Assembly: GCA_963662285.2 (NCBI GenBank)
Contig: CAXXMV010000001.1
Location: 608,001-672,000, forward strand
Direction of reading: 5' to 3'
DNA: 64,000 nucleotides
Source of the DNA: a bacterium
GTDB lineage: Bacteria; Hinthialibacterota; Hinthialibacteria; Hinthialibacterales; Hinthialibacteraceae
Of this stretch, positions 29,677 through 37,947 are shown piece after piece (the stretch's first letter is position 1; each line of letters opens with the position of its first letter). The translations under genes and the position numbers were made by a program. Below the pieces are notes generated by a model. The model did no database searches, was not told where the DNA came from, and worked only from the letters and a program-made list of their open reading frames with translations.

Positions 29677-29734
29677 TGCTAACAAGGCTAATCAACCGAC
29701 GTGAAAACCGCGCGGTTGATTAGCGATGTTACAT
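29677..29734 (+). other. Integron attC site
   Basis: R'' TGCTAAC, imperfect palindrome GCTAATCAACCG...CGGTTGATTAGC, R' GTTACAT; 58 bp, directly after a CDS. Confidence 0.75.
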
Positions 29735-29762
29735 CGCTTAGTCGAATACAGGAATAGGAAAC

Positions 29763-29853
29763 ATGATTGAATCACATCTTGGTGAGAAGGGTAATCACTG
29801 GCGCAAATCATGGTATTGTTGCGGCGACGGCAAAAGAATTCGCGGCGTTAGGC
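29763..29853 (+). pseudogene. N-terminal fragment of a short-chain dehydrogenase
   Basis: MIESHLGEK then, after a frameshift, VITGANHGIVAATAKEFAALG (TGxxxGIG-like); ends at GTTAGGC. Confidence 0.6.
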
Positions 29854-29869
29854 TCTACAAGGAATGAAT

Positions 29870-30412
29870 ATGGACAACGATCTAATTTCAGTTGCAGATG
29901 CATCTACAAAGATAGGGATTAAAAAGCAGACCTTATTCAAGGTCATAAAACGTTTTGGTCTGAGCGCAATAAAACAAAAGTCTTCTGATCACAGAGGACA
30001 ATCAATCTCTTATATTACTCAACAAGACTTTGACTTCATTATCAACAATTACCCGGCAAATAAAGCCTCCACAAATGACACCGAGGCTTCTACCTCATCA
30101 GTACAAATTGAGCATGGAGAGTTTTATCTTATTCAACTAGAACCTAATCACGATCCTGGCCGATTTAAATTGGGTTTCACATCCAATATGTCAGAGAGAT
30201 TGCGGGCACACCGTTGCTCTGCTCCATTTGCAACTATTCTTTCTACATGGCCATGTCATGTACTCTGGGAAAAAACTGCAATTGATTCCGTAACGCAAGG
30301 ATGTGAAAAACTCTATACTGAAGTATTTAGAACTGAGGACATAACTCAAGTAAAAGAAAAATGTGACCAGTTCTTCACGTTAATGCCTGAACTTGAAAAT
30401 TTAATAAGATAG
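29870..30412 (+). CDS. Cassette gene: HTH-like N-terminus plus GIY-YIG/T5orf172-like domain
   Basis: FYLIQL...RFKLGFTSNMSERLRAH...E; bounded by GTTAGGC and GCCTAAC; alternative ATG at 29864. Confidence 0.65.
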   Translation: MDNDLISVADASTKIGIKKQTLFKVIKRFGLSAIKQKSSDHRGQSISYITQQDFDFIINNYPANKASTNDTEASTSSVQIEHGEFYLIQLEPNHDPGRFKLGFTSNMSERLRAHRCSAPFATILSTWPCHVLWEKTAIDSVTQGCEKLYTEVFRTEDITQVKEKCDQFFTLMPELENLIR

Positions 30413-30452
30413 GCCTAACAAAAAAAATGCAGCGGACTCGTACCTCGTCGCC
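30413..30452 (+). other. Truncated attC (left half only)
   Basis: GCCTAAC-AAAAAAAATGCAGCGGAC has the R''/L'' pattern; right half missing. Confidence 0.6.
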
Positions 30453-30673
30453 AAGTACAACGATGCCCGAAAAATACGAAAAATCAGAAGTGATCGCATC
30501 AAGGGCTGACCGCAATGCGGTCTTGCCCTTGGCGCCCTTCAACGTGAACTGGAAAATCTATGGTTTTAGCAAACAACCCCCTCTTGAATTATTCCCCAAT
30601 TTGGGGGAGAGAGATTTTGAGATATAAACAGTTAGATCGTTTAGACTTAGTTATTCAAAAACACTTTAGTCAC

Positions 30674-30724
30674 ACATTCCTCTCCCAAGATTGGGAGAGG
30701 TTAGGTGAGGGTTGAAAACAATCA
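30674..30724. repeat. REP-like family 1 copy
   Basis: Two mismatches versus 1717-1767. Confidence 0.8.
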
Positions 30725-30774
30725 CCCCTCGCTAACATTACTCATTACTTTATGGGTAAAAACATAATGAAACA

Positions 30775-31755
30775 TCAAGCAACAGGAACGCCGTAAATCG
30801 GTTGCATGTCTGCGGCCAGTTTTTTGCCTTCAGCGCAAAACGCGGTCATCTCTTCATCTGAAAATGGTTTTAGTTGGATAATCTTTTGAGTGACTGTTTC
30901 CAGTTCATCAACTGACCGGAAGCCGATATTGGCGGTGCTTAAACCGGGCAGGCTTAGAGCATAGCGCAGGCAGGGATCGATTCGGTCAACGAATTTAGCC
31001 GCGCCGGTTTTCCAGTTACCAGCTCCGCCCAGAATCTTCATACCAACCATACCCAGGTTCTTCTTACGAGCCGGGCCGAAAACTTTCTCTTCAAAATTGT
31101 ATTGATGACGGGCGATGAAATTGACTGCGCATAGATAAACGTCAATATCATCCAGTTCATGAATTAGTTTCCAACGGCTGGGGAATAAGTGACCGGATAC
31201 TCCGATATGGCGGATCAAGCCTTGCTTTTTGGCCTCGCGCAAAGCGCTCAACGCCCCTTTGGGACCTAAGGCTTCCACCGCATCGGGGAAATACGTTTCA
31301 TAACCAATGTTATGCAGATAAACCAGGTCGAGGTAATCGGTCTTCAGTCGTTTTAAGCTGGTTTGCAGTAATTCCCAGGCCTTGTCGTAAGTCTGTTCTT
31401 CAGTCTTGGTAGCGAGAAAAACCTTGTCACGTTTATTTTTTAGCGCTTCTCCAAGAAAATCTTCCGACTCATCATAAGCTGGCGCGGTATCGATGGAGTT
31501 GACGCCCAATTCGAGAGCGCGTTCGATGATGTCGCCTGCTTGAGTCGGCGTTATTAAACTTTTACGCAGGTGACCGCATCCCAAGGTAAGCAGACTGACC
31601 TTGGCGCCGGTTCGTCCCAGGGTGCGCATAGGCATTTTATTCTCGAAAGCATCAACCATTGGAGAGAATAAGGCTGGCGCAATCAGACCAGCTGGTAATG
31701 CAGTTCCGGTGGCTTTAAGTATCTCGCGTCGAGTAAGTTTAGTGTTTTTGGGCAT
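30775..31755 (-). CDS. Aldo/keto reductase with Tat signal
   Basis: TRREILK; RTLGRTG, DTAPAY, SLKRLKTDYLDL, IGVSGH. Confidence 0.9.
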   Translation of the reverse strand: MPKNTKLTRREILKATGTALPAGLIAPALFSPMVDAFENKMPMRTLGRTGAKVSLLTLGCGHLRKSLITPTQAGDIIERALELGVNSIDTAPAYDESEDFLGEALKNKRDKVFLATKTEEQTYDKAWELLQTSLKRLKTDYLDLVYLHNIGYETYFPDAVEALGPKGALSALREAKKQGLIRHIGVSGHLFPSRWKLIHELDDIDVYLCAVNFIARHQYNFEEKVFGPARKKNLGMVGMKILGGAGNWKTGAAKFVDRIDPCLRYALSLPGLSTANIGFRSVDELETVTQKIIQLKPFSDEEMTAFCAEGKKLAADMQPIYGVPVA

Positions 31756-31971
31756 ATCCATTTCCTCGTTAATCAAGGTTTATATTATTCTGAATGAATT
31801 ATGACATACATCAAGCATAAATCCAAAAACTTTCTGAAAAATCTGCTTGATGATAATGTCATTGGATGATTGGCGTTTCGATATGTTTGTAAAGATGGGC
31901 TTTTTGATAGAGGAATGTTATTATGGATGAACTTGTTTTGAATATATGAACAAAACCAATAGGAGACGTTT

Positions 31972-34065
31972 ATGTTTCATAATATCAACCGGCGTGAATT
32001 CATCTCTTTATCTAGCCTAGCAGCGCTGCAAGCGTTGGGAGCGAATGCATCTGCATCGCAGGTAGCGCGATTGACCGATATTTTTCCTGCAACGCCGCAA
32101 TGCAAAAATCTGGTAGTTGCAGATATTAAATCTTCTGATGTTGATGAGCGAATAACTTTCCTGACCCTTCAAGGCCTAATCAATAAAAAACAGCCCCAGG
32201 TATACCTGCTCTCCAATGAGCATTGTGAATTCTGGGTGGATTATTACCAGCAGCGTTTTGATATTCAACATACCCGCACCGACTCGGTCTATACATTGCT
32301 GGAAATGTTCCGGGATAAGATTAGCGGATACCGTATATATGATCCCGATAACCTGTACACCATCAATCTAGCGTCGGTGATGGCCAGCCTGGATTATGCG
32401 TTGCCGATACATCCACAGCATGAAGCAAAAATGAAGCAGGCCGGTTTGCGATGCATTGATGATTTGCAGGGTAAGTTCAAGGATCGTTATGACGCTTACC
32501 GATGGAGTATTGACAATCTATATTCGTTGTGCTCACAACGGGTCATCGCCAATTTCTGCATGGATCGTCCTCATTGGCCATCGCACGTCATCACCGCCTT
32601 AGATTTCTTTGTAAGCCGGGATGCGTTCCAGGTTGATTTATCCTCATCAAGGGCGCATCCCAAAGACATGAGCCTGCTGGGTGAAATTTACGAACGCATG
32701 GAAAAACCGGGCTGCGTGGTTGGCTGGCATTGCGCCCGCGACCTGGAGCATGAAGCCGTCAGCCTGGCCGCTGATCATGGTATATTCGTCATTTGCAACC
32801 TCTCTTCGCCAAACTATTCAATCCATCAAAGCGTAAAACCTGCTGAGCCGTCGACATTATCACAGGCATTGCCGCCCGCCAAACAAGCAGCGAGTACTAA
32901 AGTTGAATCCAAGGTTTATATCGCTCCACTTATTACCGATGGCGACGCCGCCTGGGCTATGACTAACCGCATGGATGATAAATGGACTAATAGCGAACGC
33001 GGTAAAGCGCCGATGAACTGGGGATTCATGCCTGCGGTTTATCACTTAGGCCCTGGAATGTTACAGTATTATATAGAGACGCGCACCGATAATGATTATC
33101 TAATCGCCGGACCATCCGGCATTGGATATACCTATCCACACTTGCATCCCGATCCGCTGCCATTTCTGCAAATGACCCGTGAATCCATGAAACGCCTTGA
33201 TCTGCGCATAGCCAATATTGTCACCTGGGACCCCCGGCTATCTCACAAGGGCGTGAATCCGACCGGGTTTCATAACCTGATGAGGCGCGAAATTCCCGAA
33301 GCGTTAGGTTTCGTCAGGGGATTGGGCGATTCCCTTTGGGAACCAAGCATCCTGGATGATGGAGCTCCAGTGGTTTACAGCAGCTTAGCTATCCACCGGG
33401 GCGATGATCCCAATGAACGGCTGCAAGATTTGATCAAAGCCTGCCCTAATCGCCCATTGTTCATATTCGCCTACGTCAATCACAGCATTACGTTGGCGCA
33501 ATTGCTCGAAACCGCCAATAAAAACAGTAAAAATGTCGAATTCCTGCGCCTCGATGAGTTTATGATTAAACTGAAAACAGCCATAAAAACGGGACAGGTG
33601 AAAAACGAATTATATCCTGATAAATCCCGATGCGGCGCGTTGTTAATCAAGGAATTCAGGCCGAAATGGCAATCCGCTCTGGATAGCGTTTTGTCTATGG
33701 AACCTCTTACCGCCGCATCGAAGGAGGAATGCCTAACCCATTTCGCCAAACGCATTGGAGGATGCCAGCAAGACGAACTAGCCGCCGCTTTCCAGTTTGA
33801 CCTATGCCAGAATACCGCCAAACTGGTGCAGATCGCTTGTTACAGCCGGGGAGTATATATCGGCGCCCGGCGCCAAGGCGTCAAGCGCTTTCTTGAATTA
33901 TATGCATCACTACCCGATAAGGAGATCTTTCAACAAATCTCAAAATGGTGGCATGAGTGGGATCAAGGCATACAAACAATCCCTCAACTGCAAAAGGCCC
34001 TGAAACGCATTATTCCAGTCGCCCAATGGTTAAAGCAACAGAATCAAGACTGGCGACAAATATAA
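31972..34065 (+). CDS. GxGYxYP-family putative glycoside hydrolase with Tat signal
   Basis: NRREFI; TLQGLIN, TDGD, GPSGIGYTYP. Confidence 0.8.
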   Translation: MFHNINRREFISLSSLAALQALGANASASQVARLTDIFPATPQCKNLVVADIKSSDVDERITFLTLQGLINKKQPQVYLLSNEHCEFWVDYYQQRFDIQHTRTDSVYTLLEMFRDKISGYRIYDPDNLYTINLASVMASLDYALPIHPQHEAKMKQAGLRCIDDLQGKFKDRYDAYRWSIDNLYSLCSQRVIANFCMDRPHWPSHVITALDFFVSRDAFQVDLSSSRAHPKDMSLLGEIYERMEKPGCVVGWHCARDLEHEAVSLAADHGIFVICNLSSPNYSIHQSVKPAEPSTLSQALPPAKQAASTKVESKVYIAPLITDGDAAWAMTNRMDDKWTNSERGKAPMNWGFMPAVYHLGPGMLQYYIETRTDNDYLIAGPSGIGYTYPHLHPDPLPFLQMTRESMKRLDLRIANIVTWDPRLSHKGVNPTGFHNLMRREIPEALGFVRGLGDSLWEPSILDDGAPVVYSSLAIHRGDDPNERLQDLIKACPNRPLFIFAYVNHSITLAQLLETANKNSKNVEFLRLDEFMIKLKTAIKTGQVKNELYPDKSRCGALLIKEFRPKWQSALDSVLSMEPLTAASKEECLTHFAKRIGGCQQDELAAAFQFDLCQNTAKLVQIACYSRGVYIGARRQGVKRFLELYASLPDKEIFQQISKWWHEWDQGIQTIPQLQKALKRIIPVAQWLKQQNQDWRQI

Positions 34066-34296
34066 GCCATTAATTATCTATTAGCGTCTAGAAATCCCTG
34101 TTTTGGGGGATTTTTAGACGCATTTGTAAGAACTATATCCATAAAAACCAGACTAATTCCCAAATCCCCTTTCCAAAGAACTTGAATAATCAGGTTTTGA
34201 GATATAATACTTCCTGACTTATAAATGTTTCTTTCTTCTGGATTTATTCTTGCTTTGCGCAAGATTCAGAAGATTCCTCTTTTAGATGAAATTAAC

Positions 34297-34369
34297 GCTG
34301 GCGTAGCTCAGTTGGTAGAGCAGCTGATTTGTAATCAGCCGGTCGGAGGTTCAAGTCCCCTCGCCAGCT
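34297..34369 (+). tRNA. tRNA-Thr(TGT)
   Basis: GCTGGCG/CGCCAGC acceptor stem, GCTGA-TTTGTAA-TCAGC anticodon arm, GGTTCAAGTC T-loop; CCA not encoded. Confidence 0.97.
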
Positions 34370-34430
34370 TATTCATTTCACTTGACTTAGGAATATTCAA
34401 AGCCTTCCCGTTACCTTTCTAAATACGCGA

Positions 34431-34451
34431 ATCGTGCAATGATCGTGCAAT
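34431..34451. repeat. Candidate integrase arm-type sites
   Basis: ATCGTGCAAT twice with an 11-bp period, between tRNA and integrase stop. Confidence 0.55.
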
Positions 34452-35654
34452 TTACTGATTAATAACCAAGCGTGGGAATGGTATTATTCCCGAATCCGCT
34501 GGAGCATTCCACTTAGCAACTGCATCATCAATATATGAAACCACTTTTTCACGAAACAATGGAAGCAACCTTTTTCCTTTATCTCCGTGGTAATGGCGCT
34601 CTCCAATCGATGTTGGTGCATGCCCAACGTAACGCTGCATGTAATACCCATACCATCCGCCATCAATAGATGCCGTTTGGATAGTGTTGCGCAAATCTTT
34701 TGGTTTAATATTGACAGATGAGTTCCATCTTAGTATTTCCCGGCGAACCGCGTGTGAGTAATTATCGAATGCAGCGTAACCGGGAATTACTGGTCCTTGG
34801 GGATCAACCAAAGGTCGCACTCTACGTAACAACCGTGCAACAACCATTGATACAGGAATTTTTCTAATGCGATAATGATTCTTAACGACCCCATCAATCG
34901 TGATAGTTTCGTCTTTTAGATCGACTTTTTCCCATGTGAGACGAAGGGCTTCTTGTAACTGAAGCCCAGCCAATCCTTGGAGGGCGATGCCCACAATGAG
35001 GCCGTCTAGACCTTCTTTCCGCGCCAACCAATCCAAAAAATTTAATACCTGATGAATAGATAGGTAGGGATTTCCTTCATCTTCGTTATAAGTCGAAGGA
35101 TGAGATTCTTTCCTAGACAACCTAATACCTTGGCAGAAATTTGTATAATGCTTTGGCCAATTTGATGCTACCCATGCGGCTGAACGGCGTATTGGTAGCA
35201 GATAAAGTCGGATTGAATCAAAGGCAAAACCATGATCTACGAGATATTTTTGGTAATTCAATACATGCTCGTATCGAAGTTCATGCCAATATGTTAGTCC
35301 TAGTTTATCTACCCACTCCAAAAAATATTCGCAGAATTTTTCATCTTTCCGTCGTGTATATTCTGCCCAGTTGCGCGTCTTCGCAGCCCGTAAGAGCGCA
35401 TCGCTGATCTGAAGAGGTTCGAAAGCGTTGGATTGTTGGACTCCAGTAGCCTGTGTGGCTTGTTCCTCCAAGACATCATTCGCCAGGGTCATGGCCTCAT
35501 TCAAGTCTTTGGCATCAAACCGTATCCGGCGATACTTGCCGCTGGAATCTCTGCCGCTGACTTTCCACCGCCCCGGCTTTTCCTGATGGAGTGTGAACCT
35601 GTCTGTTTTGTATTTGTTTGCTTCGTTTTTCAAAGAACTCGGGTTTTTTATCAA
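34452..35654 (-). CDS. Tyrosine recombinase/integrase
   Basis: GLQLQEALRLTW, VKN..RIRKIP, KDLRNT, YVGH, RHY; TTG start at 35654 has RBS AGAAAGGA (ORF track start 35702). Confidence 0.8.
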   Translation of the reverse strand: MIKNPSSLKNEANKYKTDRFTLHQEKPGRWKVSGRDSSGKYRRIRFDAKDLNEAMTLANDVLEEQATQATGVQQSNAFEPLQISDALLRAAKTRNWAEYTRRKDEKFCEYFLEWVDKLGLTYWHELRYEHVLNYQKYLVDHGFAFDSIRLYLLPIRRSAAWVASNWPKHYTNFCQGIRLSRKESHPSTYNEDEGNPYLSIHQVLNFLDWLARKEGLDGLIVGIALQGLAGLQLQEALRLTWEKVDLKDETITIDGVVKNHYRIRKIPVSMVVARLLRRVRPLVDPQGPVIPGYAAFDNYSHAVRREILRWNSSVNIKPKDLRNTIQTASIDGGWYGYYMQRYVGHAPTSIGERHYHGDKGKRLLPLFREKVVSYIDDAVAKWNAPADSGIIPFPRLVINQ

Positions 35655-35871
35655 GATGATTATCCTTTCTGACCACCTTGCCCGTTCCACGTTGACGAGC
35701 AAGATGTTGACATAATATGGTTAAAGAGTCAATAACGTTCTGTCCCCAATACCCTTTTCCAGGCAGTCCAACCAATCCAAATTCCCGCAACGACTCCAAC
35801 TTAACGAAACCGCGCAGGATTTCATTAAGTTCTTTGGAGTCGTATAGCGTATGAGGATCGATCTTTATCAT
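35515..35871 (-). CDS. Excisionase-like small DNA-binding protein
   Basis: LYDSKEL winged-helix-like N-terminus; lies between polA and int and overlaps int. Confidence 0.5.
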   Translation of the reverse strand: MIKIDPHTLYDSKELNEILRGFVKLESLREFGLVGLPGKGYWGQNVIDSLTILCQHLARQRGTGKVVRKDNHLDKKPEFFEKRSKQIQNRQVHTPSGKAGAVESQRQRFQRQVSPDTV

Positions 35872-35892
35872 TATTGATTTCTTAAACCGTTG

Positions 35893-37947
35893 TTATTTCG
35901 CTTCAGCCCAGTTAGCACCAACATTTGCTTCTACTAATCCGTTGGTTGCTGCATCCGGGAATATCTTTAACATGCCGTCAATCATGGCTTGTTGGAGAAT
36001 TTCTTTTGCTTGCTCTGAAACCTCTTTAGCAGCCTCTAATACTATTTCATCATGTATTACGTTGACCAATTTGGCATCAATACCAGATTCATTTATTGAA
36101 TGCTCTAATGCTGCCAGCGCGGCCAACATTATTTCAGCAGCGCCGCCTTGAATAGGAGTGTTTAAGGCTTCTGTATACCTGTAACCCTTTATTTCCTTAC
36201 GAAAATCTCTCACTCTCCCGCCTGGCGTCATTACCTTCATGTCTAATTCGGCTCTCTTGGCTGTCTTCTGCTGCCAATTTCGTAGATCGGGATATGCGGA
36301 GAAAAAGGCGTTTCGTGCTGTCTCCGCCTCGCTTTCAGACATTTCAACACCGTAGTTAGCCCTTGCGTATGCTGCCAATCCTTTGGCTCCCTGACCATAT
36401 AACAACCCAAAGTTTACGGCTTTTGCTAACCGACGCTGTTCGTCAGAAACTTGTTCTATCGATAGTCCTGCGATGGCAGCCGCCGTTTTTCGATGCAAAT
36501 CGATCTTCTGTGTATACGCCGCCAACATGTTTTGATCGTTAGAGACCAGAGCAGCGACGCGAAGTTCAATCTGGCTGTAATCTGCAACGACTAACACATG
36601 GTTCTGTGATGCACAAAACAGTGACCGGAATTCTTTGCCTCGTAAGGGGTTTTGAATATTTGGTTTTGAGCAGGACAAGCGTCCACTAACAGTCCCCCCT
36701 AATTTAAAATTAGCGTGAATTAAATTTGTTACTGGATTAATATATGTGGAGTATTTCTCTCCGTATGTTGAGATTTTTTTTGAGTATTCCTTATAGTTAC
36801 GGAGAGGTTGAACTAAAGGTTGATTAGAAAATTGTGCTAAGGTCGCTGCATCGGTTTTTAATTGTCCAGAGTTAGTTTTGGGCCATTTCGCTGATGTCTC
36901 AACACCCAAATTTTTCAATAACCATTCAGAAACTTGTTTGGGACTTGCTAAATTAATTTCAGCGCCGACGATCATGCGTAAATCTGTTTCGGCGGTTTTT
37001 TGTTCGGTTTCCCATCGATTAAGAAGAAGGTTATGCGCCGCACTGTCGAATCCAATGCCATTGAGTTCCATTTTGGCGATGGAAGGCAATGCGTTCAGCA
37101 TAAGCCGGTATACTTGATCCTTATTCTCATGCTTCAGTTTTGGGTTTTGTATGTGGTAGACTTTAAGCGCTACCACAGCATCCAACGCTGCATAAGAAAT
37201 TTGTTCTGGCGTGAGTACTGCGGCTCCCCAGCCGGACGTTTGAAGGGTTTTATTTAAATCCCAATTCAGAAGTGATTCGGCTAATACAGTTAATTTGGGC
37301 AACGAGCCATCCAGAGCGTTGGTTTGAAGCATCGTGCAGTCGATGTTTTGAATATTGATCCCAGCGTGGATCAGATGTTTGATTTCAAATTTGGCATTAT
37401 GGGCAACCAGATTCAAATCCCATATTGGAGATAAAATGCTTATACCGCCTAACGCTTTCACATCGAAAACATATACCTCCTTGCCTCCTGTATACAATTG
37501 AATCAACCGTATCCGAGATAAAGGCGGCGCCAGCCCTGCCTGCTTATGATCCTCATAACCATCAAGTTTTACTGTTTCTATGTCGAGACCAATAGGATTC
37601 GCGATTTTCACCAATGCGGATATCACTTGCTCCGCTGAATGTTTGTCCGTTATATATTGAGTGGTGATACCCGCCTGCTTTAATATTTCTGAAGCACTCA
37701 ATGGTTCGGCAGAGGAGGAAGAGGGATTAGGTTTAGAATCCCCTTCCCATACATCATTCGTGATTGCCGCTGCGCTCAGGAGACCTAATTCGATTGTCTG
37801 TAGTATTTCAGATTTATACTGACGAAGCGCCGTTTCAAATTCAGGGGTTAAAATGCTATCCGAAGCATCAACGATCAGTCGACCATCGTCAATTCCGAAT
37901 TTTACTGATGAGGATTTTAATATAGTCATTGTTTCAATCAGATTCAT
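35893..37947 (-). CDS. Family A DNA polymerase (3'-5' exonuclease plus polymerase, no 5'-3' exonuclease)
   Basis: GLDIET, HNAKFE, YAALDA; DYSQIELR, RRLAKAVNFGLLYG, IHDEIV. Confidence 0.92.
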   Translation of the reverse strand: MNLIETMTILKSSSVKFGIDDGRLIVDASDSILTPEFETALRQYKSEILQTIELGLLSAAAITNDVWEGDSKPNPSSSSAEPLSASEILKQAGITTQYITDKHSAEQVISALVKIANPIGLDIETVKLDGYEDHKQAGLAPPLSRIRLIQLYTGGKEVYVFDVKALGGISILSPIWDLNLVAHNAKFEIKHLIHAGINIQNIDCTMLQTNALDGSLPKLTVLAESLLNWDLNKTLQTSGWGAAVLTPEQISYAALDAVVALKVYHIQNPKLKHENKDQVYRLMLNALPSIAKMELNGIGFDSAAHNLLLNRWETEQKTAETDLRMIVGAEINLASPKQVSEWLLKNLGVETSAKWPKTNSGQLKTDAATLAQFSNQPLVQPLRNYKEYSKKISTYGEKYSTYINPVTNLIHANFKLGGTVSGRLSCSKPNIQNPLRGKEFRSLFCASQNHVLVVADYSQIELRVAALVSNDQNMLAAYTQKIDLHRKTAAAIAGLSIEQVSDEQRRLAKAVNFGLLYGQGAKGLAAYARANYGVEMSESEAETARNAFFSAYPDLRNWQQKTAKRAELDMKVMTPGGRVRDFRKEIKGYRYTEALNTPIQGGAAEIMLAALAALEHSINESGIDAKLVNVIHDEIVLEAAKEVSEQAKEILQQAMIDGMLKIFPDAATNGLVEANVGANWAEAK

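Noticed and set aside
34340-34369. attR duplicate of the tRNA 3' end within the window
   Set aside because: None noticed by eye; the element probably continues past 64000. An exact search is needed to confirm.
34225-34422. 65-aa ORF
   Set aside because: Overlaps tRNA-Thr; shadow ORF.
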